Shown here piece after piece: positions 45,051-56,801 of a stretch of DNA of 64,000 bases. The notes under the pieces are model-generated. The model was not told the origin of the DNA and ran no database searches. It worked only from the letters and a program-made list of their open reading frames with translations. The number at the start of each line of letters is the position of its first letter. Within the stretch, counting starts at the first letter, position 1. The translations under genes and the position numbers were made by a program. This DNA is from Minutocellus sp. GHC0000111. Its lineage: Eukaryota. The stretch lies in NCBI GenBank assembly GCA_977018835.1, contig CDRNXO010000001.1, forward strand, positions 1 to 64,000, in the 5' to 3' direction.

Positions 45051-46886
45051 TCATAATTCAAACCGAGGAGATCGTTCCTTCATCAGCCTGGTCTTTTTGG
45101 TTTCGTCATCCTTCTTTCGCCGCTTGAATTCATCGTAGTCTTGTTTCTTGGTGCTCTTGGATGTCTCATCGCTGGCAGATCGTCTCCGTACTCTCTTTCG
45201 AAGCCAGGCTTCTGGATACAGGTCCGATGGCACACCAATCTCGTGGCGAAATGCCTGATATAGGAATGTATTAGTCGTCAGGGGTCGATCAACAATTAGA
45301 ATGGCATCCCATGGTACATCGGTGGCAATATGTCTGCCACCGGTGAGGTTGCAAATCTCTTGAGGTCCATCGAATGGCAACATTTCAGCAGTATAGAACC
45401 ATTCGCCTTCGGATCGCTCGTCGTCGTCCACATCGCTGGCATATCGCTGTAATATTCGACACGGCCTCATGCACTCATGTGGCCAGTCTTCCTCCGTTGT
45501 CCATGTAGTGTAAACCATTTGCTTTTGCTGGTCAAACTTGATTATTGTCGCATCGTTGTCATAGAAACAAACCGTTTCCAAGTTATCCGGGTAAGGGTTT
45601 GTTTTTTGCTCCTCAATGGTTCGAACGTCCTTCTGGAAGCATTCCGTCTCGCGACAAAATCGATCAGCTGACTTGTAGCTCTTGGCCCCATCTGTAGGCT
45701 TCCAACGTCGCACGTGATTATCCCAAGCCTTGCGCCATGCGTCTCCGTAATCAAGATAGATTTCCTCACCATTTGCAATGTCACCAAGAGCGACGTAATC
45801 AATCATTAGACCCTTGCCATGCGTATAAATCACGTCGTTTGCAGATAGTTCCAATAGCTCCGAATGATGAAACTGCTGCCGTCGTGGGAGGTCAGCATGA
45901 GCATCTTGATCCAACGAGTGCCAACGGATAATTGCGTTGGCCTTCTTTCCCGGTGGCGGATGGTTGATGTAACCAGTGAGAGGCCCATACGGCAACAACA
46001 ATATATCCGAATCTTCGTGCCCGAGCACAAAATTCAACAGCATTTGATATGGCTGACCTTGAACAGTAGAACCGGTGTCATCGCCAAAAAGTTCCCTACG
46101 ATGGATTGGAATGACTGGGGAGGAGGAAATAACGTCCCCGCTGAATATTTGCCGCGTTGCCATCAACCCCATTCCCCCAATGCTACTATCGGATGCTGGT
46201 CCTGGTTTGCCAATGTCATCCACACAAATGAATCTGGAATCCTTTGGATCGAAAGCTGAAGTTTGGTGCGCATTCCCATCAAAGTCGTCATCGGGACACT
46301 CCACCACCAATTCTTCTCCAGCACGGATATCACGAGTAGCCAAGTAGGAGAGATTATGCCGATAGGAATAAGCACCAGCGTGATGACCATCCCTGGTCGG
46401 ACTATCCGCATCGTCGGCGACGTTTTGTCGAGATACGCCCGTGAAGACTCCGGCGCCAGAGAGTTGCAAATTGTAGTTGTTGATTGTACAGGGAGCGATG
46501 CTGGAGAGCCCGGGGCTGAACCACAGGGCATTCCTCGTCTTGCTCCCAACCAGTGCCACCTCCGGTAATTCACCCCCGCCCCAAAGGTACTCGCGGATGA
46601 CAGGATCGAGATCAGAGTCGAGTGTTGCAGAATCATAAATTGGGATCAACACCTCACTCAAATTGGACAGGACCGTTCCAGCCGCAATGTCCTTGCCGGC
46701 GAACATCCCCAGCCCAAACCCTTGTTGTTCCTTCTCCTTGATGATGGAAGGTCCAAGAAAGATGGAACAGTCACTTTCGTCATTGCTATTGATTCGTCGC
46801 GAATGCACATAATTCTCATCAGTCGAACCAAAGAAGAGGGCGAGGTAGCCCAGTCCTTTTATCACTGCTGGCCGCCGCCTCATCAT
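45051..46886 (-). CDS. Protein with two SET-like domains and an N-terminal signal/TM segment
   Basis: GLGMFAGKDI...ATRDIRAGEEL; GMGLMATRQI...GYINH...ALGDIANGEEIYLDYG. Confidence 0.85.
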   Translation of the reverse strand: MMRRRPAVIKGLGYLALFFGSTDENYVHSRRINSNDESDCSIFLGPSIIKEKEQQGFGLGMFAGKDIAAGTVLSNLSEVLIPIYDSATLDSDLDPVIREYLWGGGELPEVALVGSKTRNALWFSPGLSSIAPCTINNYNLQLSGAGVFTGVSRQNVADDADSPTRDGHHAGAYSYRHNLSYLATRDIRAGEELVVECPDDDFDGNAHQTSAFDPKDSRFICVDDIGKPGPASDSSIGGMGLMATRQIFSGDVISSSPVIPIHRRELFGDDTGSTVQGQPYQMLLNFVLGHEDSDILLLPYGPLTGYINHPPPGKKANAIIRWHSLDQDAHADLPRRQQFHHSELLELSANDVIYTHGKGLMIDYVALGDIANGEEIYLDYGDAWRKAWDNHVRRWKPTDGAKSYKSADRFCRETECFQKDVRTIEEQKTNPYPDNLETVCFYDNDATIIKFDQQKQMVYTTWTTEEDWPHECMRPCRILQRYASDVDDDERSEGEWFYTAEMLPFDGPQEICNLTGGRHIATDVPWDAILIVDRPLTTNTFLYQAFRHEIGVPSDLYPEAWLRKRVRRRSASDETSKSTKKQDYDEFKRRKKDDETKKTRLMKERSPRFEL

Positions 46887-47026
46887 GTGCAGATAAAAAT
46901 GCGTTTGTGGGCATTAATAGAGAGCAGCATATCATTTGCCGGAGCGTATCTTGCGTGTGCAGATTAAATAGCGTTTGTGCGCATGAATGGAGAGCAGCAT
47001 ATCATGTGCCGGAGCGTATCTTGCGT
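46885..47026. repeat. Imperfect ~70-bp tandem duplication at the SET gene 5' end
   Basis: AGAGCAGCATATCAT.TGCCGGAGCGTATCTTGCGT at 46921 and 46991, with similar preceding sequence. Confidence 0.85.
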
Positions 47027-47205
47027 TTTGCTTGGCGTTTTGGCACACTTCGTTGAGAGTTTGCGGGGATTTATTCCTTATGGGTGCTTCCCTTATTTTA
47101 CATGTCAATTCAAATCTGTCGGCCGCTCGACTGTCCCCGAGCACTTTTTCATTTCTCATGTAGATTTGCAATAGATAGATAGCACTCAAAAATCGAACTA
47201 GACAG

Positions 47206-50200
47206 TCAAACTAGATAGTATTGAGATCCACTGACAGTGGTCACGATGGATTCCGATTCCACGACCTCTCCTTTTCGCAATGGGCTGGTAACAATCCTTT
47301 CGCCCTCGACGAAGTTATTGGAGCCTATTACAAATCCGCTGATGCTGCCGTCAAAGTTCTGTTTCCAATCGATTACTTTGGGGATGCCGGGAGGGGGATC
47401 TGTAGGTACATTTGCAGACTTTTTATTAAATCTATTCGGTTGCTTTGTGGATGGTCGTAGCGGTGGTTCGATTTGCTTTTGGCTCGTCTTTTGACCTTCA
47501 CCCAGTCCAAAGAGAGAAAATGTAGCTCGCGATTTTGGTCCGGGGGGAGTGTCTTGGTCGAAGGCATTGAAATCGTTGGTGCTTTCTTCTCGATTTGAGG
47601 AATAGTTGCACTGCGTTTTGGTTTAGTCTGCAGATTCATCTTGTTTTTACCTTGATATTCCTTCAGAATTTTATCCTTGCCAGGGTCAAGAAGGTATTTG
47701 GAGCCAGATGAAGTTTCGACGATGGTACCGGGCGAGATCTTGGCATTGACGGGTGATGTCGTTATCATTTTGCCGTCCTCAAAGCTGGACGAATTGAATA
47801 CGTACGCAGTTATGGATCCATCCCGGTTTCGGCGATATTTCGACAAAGTTGGTATTCCTCGAGGAGCTGTAATGAGTGGCTTCGGCTTAGACGACTCCAG
47901 AGCAGGCGGAGCGTCACTGCGAGTAGGAGCAGCCGATGGCGACTGAAAAGAGAAGAGGCTAGATAGCGATATGGTTGCGCTCTTTTTGACGACCGCTGGA
48001 CCTTTCTTTGGTATGTCTTCCTCGCGCTTCACTGTAGCATCACGTTTCTTTTTTCTTACGATCTCTTTCTTCGCTGCACCCTGTTTTAATTTTTCGTCGG
48101 CGGTATCTTCAACCAGCGTCTGCTTAGCTGATTCTGCTTGGCTCCTTTTCAATGACCGACCGGCACCGAAAAGATTAGAAAAGAAGCTGGTATTGTTGCT
48201 AGGCGTTGATTTGATGACAGGCTGTTCTGGCTCTTTCTTCTCTTCAGCTGCTGCAGATATTACCTCAGCAGCTCGCCGTTGTTCTTCGGTCTGCCGTCGG
48301 CGTTCTTCCGCTGCTTTCTTCTTGGCATCCTCCGCTCGGCGTTTCGTGTCGATACTAGCGGCCCTCCTCTCAGCTTCCTCCCGCGATGGATTTTCTCTGG
48401 CTTCCAGTTCTAATTGCAGTATACGTTCTTCTGCGTTTGCTTTCTTTGCTTCGGCGTCTTCCTTCAGCCTGGCCAGAAACTCTTCGCTGGATGAAGGCTC
48501 TCTTGTCTCTTCAGACTTTCTAGTAGCAGATTTCACTTCCTTCGTTTGAGATGGCCTTGGAGGATCGGCCTTTAAAGAGGGTAAGTTGGGTAGCCCAATC
48601 TTTGGTAGTTCAAATTTTGGCGCAGCAACCTTTTGGGCATCTGTCTTCTTGACTATTGCTTCAGGCCCTTGTAATATTCTTGGTTCGTCGATGAGTTCAG
48701 AATCATCGATCTGCGGCTTTGGCTCCTCGGGCTCCTTGCTCGAGCCGTCTTCATTGTCGGCGGGCATTGAGCTCGTCATCTTGGCATTCTTAGCGAGTTT
48801 GTTTGCCAATGGGCGCGACGAGAATCCAGGGAGGACACTATTTGTGGCATAAAATGTCCCGAAAACACCACCCAACCCATCGGTATTTCCCTCTGTAGGA
48901 TCCATGGCTACCCCCGCCGTCGATCGAGTACAGAGCCCTTCATTGTTGAATGTGAGCGAAATGGCTTCGGGCGACCCTTTGTATCGAAAACCATTGCCCA
49001 ATTTGCCCATGAGAGGTCCTGTCCAAGTGCCACTCTCAAGTCCATCGACCCAAACGCGGTAGGGGTCGAATGGGTCGACGCGAAAGTTGGTGAATTTGGT
49101 CTGCAAATCGGGAAAAGCCTCCTTCAAGTCAAATCCTTCGAACACATCCAGGAAATCCTTCTTATTGATAGGATTGACCAAAGGACTGCAGAATGAAAAG
49201 TATGGATCAAGAACTGACTGGTCTTTGACACCATTATCAGCTGCAATCACACCCTTGGCTAGGGAGATCAATACACCTTCTGGAAAGGGTGCGTCGAGAG
49301 ACTTGGGCTCCTCCAATCGTTGGACGGGGCGACCAAATATCCTGGACAAGACCAATGGCGGTGGAAAAACTTCCCAATCGCTTGGCTGATCCCCGGCAAT
49401 GGTAGCAGCCGCCTGCACACCGCACAAACCATCGGTATTGCCAACAAGTCGATCCATGACGAATCCAGAGCAAAGCTTTGTTATTTTGCCAGTCTTTTTG
49501 TCAAACGTAATGGTGACCGCCTCGGGGGGGCATATCATTTTCGCATTGGTAGGGGGCAACGTCTTTCTTCGGAGGCGCAGCTCATTGGTCATGGTACCAG
49601 TCGTTCGAAGGGTCAATCGAACTGAAACTGTATTATTGTTTTGGCGTTCGCTGCCAATTGCGCCTTCTTCGTCCAGCTCATCAACAAGTCGAAAGTCATG
49701 CGCTCGATAATCCAAGTCTGGAAAGGTGGAGCGCAGATCAAAGAATCTACCCGCCGCAAGATATTCCTTCTTATTCTGTGGGCCAATCTCATCCACCTTG
49801 GGAGTAATATGAACGAACGTGTCGTCGTCGGCAAGTAGAATGGGACTTCTCAGGCCCAGATCAGACTTAACGAACATTCTTGCGTTCTCAAATATTGCCT
49901 CGGGATTCTCAGGGTCGTATGGTCTGGGCACAAAGATCGGCGGAGCTTCGTCGGGTGGATGCGGTTCCATCTTTGGTCTATCCCCCTCGGCTGTTGCGGG
50001 TGCTACGGTCTTGACTTGCCCGCCCATATCTGCCTGATTTGGCGGCGACGATTGTATCTTTGGCATTTTATCCCTCTTGTTCTTGTTCCTCTTGGCCTCC
50101 TCTTCCAAGCGCTTCTTCCTTCTCTTTGCCCTTTCTTCTTCCTCCAGTGCCTCCACATCGAAATATTTGTAGATATCCCCTGGCTCCGAAATCTGCTTGG

Positions 50201-50399
50201 TATCGATGTTCTCTTCTGGCGACCCATCGGCCAAGCGCAGCAGTGAAGGCGAGATGGGTCGTTTCCTACTTTGCACCGGCGCCTTTGCTTGGAAAGCATC
50301 GACCGCCGGCTGCTGCTTCAGCAGGCTTGTTGTGACACATGTTGTGATAACAACGCAAAGGACGATTCGTGCCGATGAGGAAGCCGCTAAAGACGGCAT
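47206..50399 (-). CDS. Large plastid-targeted hypothetical protein with two internally repeated (SnoaL/NTF2-like) domains, a coiled coil and two C-terminal repeats; frameshift near 47500
   Basis: Signal peptide ending VDA-F. Repeated FDL...FPDL...FR / PEA...F....G....G..MD...GNTDGL.GV. IP.L.....N.DGSI...TSP....SGS.Y repeat, with the second copy in another frame ending at TGA 47206. Confidence 0.7.
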
Positions 50400-50860
50400 C
50401 CTTGTAAGGCTTATCTTATCCTGCTGCTGCGCGGACGCGTTGTTGTTGTTGCAGGCAGGTGGCCTGGCTGGTCTGGTATCATTGTTGAAGGCGATCCATG
50501 CGCCCGTCGGCCGGCGGATCTAAAAATCTGTTTTATAAGAATAGGAGACCTCTCATACGAGCATGCCATTTTCGAGATCTTGAAACGCCACATGCATGGC
50601 TGCGCGAACCAGCACCGGCTCTCGCCTGACTCTCTCTCTTGTTGGTATTTTCACACAAAGTCATCGGCGGAGAGCGCAGCTGCACTCTTATCCCATAAAT
50701 TGATCTTCGGTGGTCACTTGTCATTTTGGCTCGCTCGCCTCCGCTCCGTCACATTTTTCATCTGCCGAGCCGTGCACATCATTGCCTTCGTCTCTTCGTC
50801 AAACCTCATCTTTCTCAGCCACGCACACATTTCAAGAATAATTGCACACTGCCAACCAAT

Positions 50861-50948
<88 letters not shown>
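50861..50948 (+). repeat. (CTA)n microsatellite, about 29 units
   Basis: Uninterrupted trinucleotide run ending 1 nt before the ATG at 50950. Confidence 0.99.
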
Positions 50949-50949
50949 A

Positions 50950-52115
50950 ATGAATCTTCCCTTCAACACCGACGTAATCGCAACCATCTTCAATGAGGAC
51001 GCGACGTTCCTCGATCTGCTCGCCCTTGTCCTGGCCCTTGCGGTCTTTTGGTTCGTCATCTTTGCCATAGCCGCCGCCATCATCAAACCCCTAGTAATGG
51101 GCAAGCCTCATCGCTGCCGGCGAACGTGATTATGACCGCGGCGGAAAGGAGCTCTGGGAGAACGTTGGCGCTCCCAAGACCAAGGCAGAATTTGTCGTAT
51201 CCTTCATGGACATGTGGGCCTGGAACCAGACCTTGGCCATCCAGCATCTCATCGGCGGAGCGGTGTGTTTGCCGGCCATCATTCCCAGTCACTTGGGACT
51301 GGATCCGTCCGTGGCGGCCAGTCTCGCGTGTCTGGGCATTCTGTCCGAAATGGGATGGGAGATCGAGGACCAATTGACTTGGATCTACAAGCGCTTCTTC
51401 ACAAAGGGGGGTAAGGAGAAGGTACCGAATGCTCTGCTGATTATCCTGGGTATCCACCACAGCATGACAACCATTCTCGGCCTCCCCATGGTGTTGAATT
51501 ATCGTGATCTCCCTACACTGCACTGGCTGTGTTTTGACTTGCAAGCTGCAGCCGCAATCAGTCTCATGGTCACCGAATACACGAATCTCCTTGACATTAC
51601 CAAGCCCAATCAGCTTCGACAGTTCCAATCGTTGACCTTTTTTGGGCTTGTCGTTATGGTTGCTACTCGAGGATTCCACTGGGTCTTTCTTTGTGGCAGC
51701 CTGCTCGTAATGTGGTATCAGGAGGGAAGATGGTCGTTGGTACCATAATCTCGCACTCTTCTCTATGTTCAACTATGCGTTCTGCATCGAGCCCTACTAT
51801 AAAAGGTTTACCAAATTTGTGAAAGTCTCTGCCGAGTACAAGAAGTTAACCGCGGATGCGCCGGCCCGTGACAGACGCGCCAGCGTCATCAATCTCGAGG
51901 CTGCCGCAGCTGACATTATCAAGCGTGGCAACATCGAGGAAGAACTTGTGGCAAGCTTGTTCGAGGACCGAAAGGTCAATCGCCGAGCTACTTTGCCGCC
52001 ATCTGCCTTCAGTGGCAACAAGGGCAGTAAGAGATCATCGCTGCTTCTGCTTCGAAGCTCAATGGGAGATGTCGCCCATCTTCTGTCGCAGCTCGATACC
52101 ATCAAGGAGGATTAG
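50950..52115 (+). pseudogene. TLC-like multi-pass membrane protein with two frameshifts
   Basis: TM helices; QHLIGG, LSEMGWEIED, GIHHSM. Shifts near 51107 and 51745. Confidence 0.65.
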
Positions 52116-52186
52116 CAGAATACATGTTGCATGTTATACGGAATCTATAATATGAATAAACTCAATTTACTTCTACGCATATCTAA

Positions 52187-53215
52187 CTAGCTAGCCAGTT
52201 TTTGTAGCCTGCCTAACGCCGAAACTGAAGGATTGTCGTTTGTTGTAATTATTTCTTTCAAACTCGTGAAATTAATAGTCCGAAATACAGCCTCCAAAAC
52301 TGCATTGTTTTGTTTGATTCCTCGCAGCAAGGTTCCAGATGCCTCTTCACAAAGAGAAGCAAGACGCTCATCGACGACGGCTGTGCCTCCTTTTGCTCCC
52401 ACAGAAAGCACATTAATGAATGGAGATAGGACCCTGCTGACATTTTCAGATAAGGAATTGCCTGCTTTGACGCCAATATCTTGGTACGGAAATGCCCTTT
52501 CGCTGGCGGCGGTCACAACAAGCAGGGTACGAAGGATGGAAAGCGAATGAAGGTACAGGCAGTGATCGAGGTCAGCAGCTATACCGATTGCGACCATATC
52601 GGTATTATTAGCAGGTGAAGTGCCCGATTTAACGGTTGTTGTCTGGTGATCAGGTCCCTCATTACATATCTGAACGACTGTCTTCAACATCCCTGCTTCC
52701 ACAGCAGCTTTGATGAGTGCGCCCTGGTGGATGAATCGACTGAGCAATGAAAACCATTCGGCATACGGATCGGAAGCTGAGATGGCATGAGCAAGGCTAA
52801 TGCCCCCACATTCCGGTGAGAGTTCCATCACCAAAATCTTCATTATGCTGAGAAGCAAACGATGGCAATCTTCTTCCATCGCCAATTCCAGGGCTGGTGC
52901 CGAACTGATGAGGATGTCGAGCACTATTTGAACGAGGGTGACTATGCCCTCTGTCATATGCACCTCGCCCGAAGCAGTGATTGTGCACCATTTTCCCTTC
53001 AACCGACTGTACATGGCCATGAGGGCATCGGCCATATTGGCGGCTAAAGCAATCCTTTGAGGACCAAAGTCAATGCCCGAGGATGACGACGACGAGCCGC
53101 AAAGCCCATCCAACGTAGAGTGGATGTGAGCATATCTGACAATGACATCCAGCGAGGGTGGTGTTTCAGCAGATGGATCTTCGCCAGTGCTGCCAAGTCC
53201 AAGCCCATTGCGCAG
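52187..53215 (-). pseudogene. C-terminal fragment of a helical (ARM/HEAT-like) protein lacking its 5' end
   Basis: Frame stays open upstream of 53113 to about 53215, where P5CS coding sequence starts on the other strand. No intergenic region. Confidence 0.55.
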
Positions 53216-55027
53216 AACTCGATGTTCTCGGACAATGATTCCTTGGCTGCTCTCTGCGCACGGACCTTCGGCGCGGAGGTATGTCTCCTCCTTACCGATG
53301 TGGAGGGTGTGTACGATCGTCCTCCCAGCGAGGCAGGTGCCAAGAAGCTTTCGATTTTCCGCAAAGAGTCAAGTGTCACCATTGGCGAAAAGAGTTCGCA
53401 AGGTAAGCCTGTTGCATGTGTATGCGATACCCTTCTCTTGTATTTGACGTGCATTGTTCTGTTGCATGTAATACATATATATTGTATATACAGATATAAC
53501 TAATGGAAATGTTCCTTTTGCTTCAATAGGACGTGGCGGCATGCAATCCAAGATTGATGCAGCTCTTGCGGCTGTTGAGCCTGGATCCCAGTGCAGCGCC
53601 TGCGTCGTCGCTTGTGGCAATGATCTGAATGCGATCCGTGGTGTCCTTGGGAGGGAGGCTTTCCCTGGTCCTCCCAGGGGCACTCTCTTCGCCACGCCCA
53701 ACAGTGATCTTTCAATACAGGCCATTCACGAAGTGGAAGAGGCTGACGCCGCTGCCGGTTTATTTGAATCGGAGGTGGCCCGAGCGAGCGCGATCGCGGC
53801 CAAAAATGAGGCACGAAAGCTCCAGGCTCTCTCGTACGGCGAACGAAAGGCAATCCTCAACGCAGTAGCGGATGCATTGGTGGATCGTAAGGAGGAACTC
53901 CTTGCGGCCAATGCCATTGATCTAGAAGCTGCCGCGCGTGATGAAGTTGCCCTCCCTCTCGTCCGTAGGTTGAAGCTGACCGATGACAAGCTATCTACCC
54001 TCGCTGCAGGTATTCGACAGATTGCGGAGCAGCCAGATCCTCTCGGCGTCGTAAAAAGCAAAAGAGAGCTGGCTGATGGGCTAGAGCTTTCCCTTACTAC
54101 GGTCCGCATTGGTGTGCTTATGATCATTTTTGAGTCTCGTCCAGACTCTCTTCCTCAAATTTCTGCGCTGGCCTTGGCCAGTGGCAACGGGCTGCTTCTC
54201 AAGGGTGGCAAGGAGGCCAGTCGCTCAAACGCTGCGCTGCACAAGGTGATTGGCGATGCCATTGAGGCTAGTAGTGGCGGCAAGATCAAGCGTGACATCA
54301 TCGCTTTGATTACCAGCAGAGGTCAGGTAGCCGATATGCTGAGTCTGGACGACGTCATTGACTTGGTGATTCCTCGTGGCTCGAACGATTTGGTTTCGTA
54401 CATCAAGGCCAACACTCGGATACCGGTCTTGGGCCATGCCGATGGTGTCTGTCACGTCTACATCGATCCCTCGGCAAATGCTGATGATGCCTGCAACTTG
54501 AAACGCTCCTACTTCACGAGGACACTCTGACGAATGGTCTTGCGATTACTATTCTCATGAGCCTCAGGACAGCTGGTGTGAAGTGCCTCGGTGGACCAAG
54601 GGCAATAGATTCAGGCCTTTGTGACGTCCCTGCTAAGGAGATGAAGTGTGAATATGGAGATCTGACTTGCATGGTAGAGGTCGTGCCCAATATGGATGAA
54701 GCCATCGATTGGATTCACAAGTACGGCAGTGGTCATACGGAGGCCATCGTTTGCGGCGAAGACACTGATGTTGGTGAGGAATTTCTCCGCCGAGTCGATG
54801 CCGCGTGTGTCTTCAAAAATGCGTCGACAAGATTTGCCGATGGCTACCGCTTTGGTTTGGGCGCTGAGGTTGGTATTTCCACCGGCAGAATTCATTCTCG
54901 TGGTCCCGTTGGGGTAGAAGGACTGCTTACCACCAAATGGCAGCTTCGGTCGTCTGGTCTCAACTGTGTTTCCGAGTATGGAGGAGACGCGCCAACCAAG
55001 CTCTACACGCACAAGGAATTATTGTGA
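53216..55027 (+). pseudogene. P5CS: Delta-1-pyrroline-5-carboxylate synthase (glutamate kinase plus gamma-glutamyl phosphate reductase); 5'-truncated with an internal deletion
   Basis: FSDNDSLAA...LLTDVEGVY. Intron 53403-53529 gives GRGGMQSKI. IIFESRPD, LLKGGKEA, IPRGS, VLGHADGVCHVY, NASTRFADGYRFGLGAEVGISTGRIHSRGPVG. Frame break at ~54495. Confidence 0.93.
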
Positions 55028-55256
55028 AGTGGTTGTGATGATCAAGTACCAAACTTTGTATCGCCATGCAATTGGAGGGAATCTGGAGATATGCAATTTT
55101 AATCATTCGTCATCTGAAGCGGAATGAATCGGCTCAGCAAGTGATGCGTCAAAGGACGAGATCTGGATAGAAGTGCTATTTCGTAATAATGCTAGCTAGC
55201 TAGAAAACAAAAAATCTGAAGTATGGCAAGTAGTAGTTATGTTTTTTTGTATCATG

Positions 55257-56509
55257 TTATGTTTTCTTGTCGCGTCCTTGTAAAGTCGCTATATTATGTG
55301 TTTTGATTGGTTGGACCAAGGTGTAACTTCGATCACAACCGTACAGTGGAGAATCAATCACAGCCGTGCTCAACGCAACAGGAGTGACGCCGCCACAGCC
55401 AAAGATTAGATGTGGTCTCTCCCGTCTGTAGAATGTGTAGAGCTCTCTCCTCGATGATTCTGCATTATCGAAGGGCACAGTTCGTAGGTAAGCACAACCT
55501 CCAAGGTCGGCCTCGGGAAGCAGTGGTGCCACTCTCCATGTTCCAGCTTTGCCATTGGTAGAGAAATAATGCCGTCCGCAGTCACCAGAGGCATTATGAG
55601 CATATGTTTGACCCCTATCACCATTGTGACTCAACATGTGATATCTTCCATCTGCGTCGATCCAAACCGAAGGATCCTCTCCTTCCCAAGGCGTTGGTGG
55701 ATCAGAATCAAAATCAGGGCCTGGTCCCATATTGCGATATGTTTTGGGATCGGTCCAATTGGATGCTTCCCATATTGTCCATCTCGTCCAGGCGAGGAGT
55801 GATCCATCTTCTCTAATGACCGGTGCGAAATTCATATCAATTTGGGGATTGCTCTGGACGTCAGCTAGGCTCGCCAACTTGGACCATGCACTGCCATTTC
55901 CTATCTTTGACATGGAGTATGTAAAGTAGGAATAGACGGTAGCATTCCCACTAATCCCACACTCATTTCCACAGCTTTCTCCCCCTGACCATGATGATCC
56001 ATCGCTACATCGACATATCTTACAAACAACACGGTGGCTCCCGATGCAGGATCTCGTACAGCCACGGGCTCGTGGGAAAACTTTGGCAGAACATCAATGG
56101 CTTCTTGCCTCTCGAATTTCCATCCATCCTTAGCGCCTTGAGAAGTGGCATGCACCACGATGGAATCGCTCAACCAGCGATGGATGCCACAGTGATTGCT
56201 GATCTCGGACGCGTACATATGGTAGAGGCCATCGTTTGCATCATACAACACTGACCCTCCCCAGGTCGGAGTGTAGTGAAGTGGACCAAGCATATTGAGA
56301 CCAGAGGAGTTGGTCGCCGGGAGTAGATCGAACGACTGGCAGTACTTCCCCTTCCACCCTAAGAAGCATCTGCATGTTCCATCAAACTGACAGGCACCAT
56401 TGTAGGAGCAATTGAAAGAGGAGGGAGGGTTGGTCGGCCTGCCGCAGCTTTTGCCGTCGATTCGAGCTGCAAGTAGGAGCGTCGCGATTAGGAGTGCGCG
56501 TGTCTTCAT
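55257..56509 (-). CDS. Secreted EGF-like plus beta-propeller glycoside-hydrolase-like (GH43/32-type fold) protein; frame interrupted near 55900-56020
   Basis: Signal peptide; CSYNGAC...CRCFLGWKGKYC; WGGSV...YHMYASE, HEP, EDPSVW, RERP. Confidence 0.65.
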
Positions 56510-56801
56510 CGTGGTATTGCCATGATACTGCAGTATGCACACATCTCATCATGGTGGATGCGTGATGATGATGGCTGCCGAGCCTCATTTTCTTGTTTGA
56601 ACGGGGCATAAAACGGGGACTGACCCGAAAACATGCACTTTCCTATTGACGCGACACACTTGAAACGACGAGCTTTTCTATCCTCCCCAGGAAAGTAAAA
56701 GTAAAGTAAAGTTGGCATGCAGTTTTCCCATCAATCGTTCCAACCGAAGCTTGTAGTGCATTTCACCACAGCAAATACTCTCTAGAGTCTAAAAGGGAAC
56801 C

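Noticed and set aside
46885..47026. Repeats (here and at 59696-59776) considered as a CRISPR-like array
   Set aside because: Only two adjacent copies each, with no unique spacers and no cas genes; eukaryotic context.
50580..51104. ORFs with poly-Tyr, poly-Leu and poly-Val tracts
   Set aside because: They are alternative-frame readings of the (CTA)n microsatellite.
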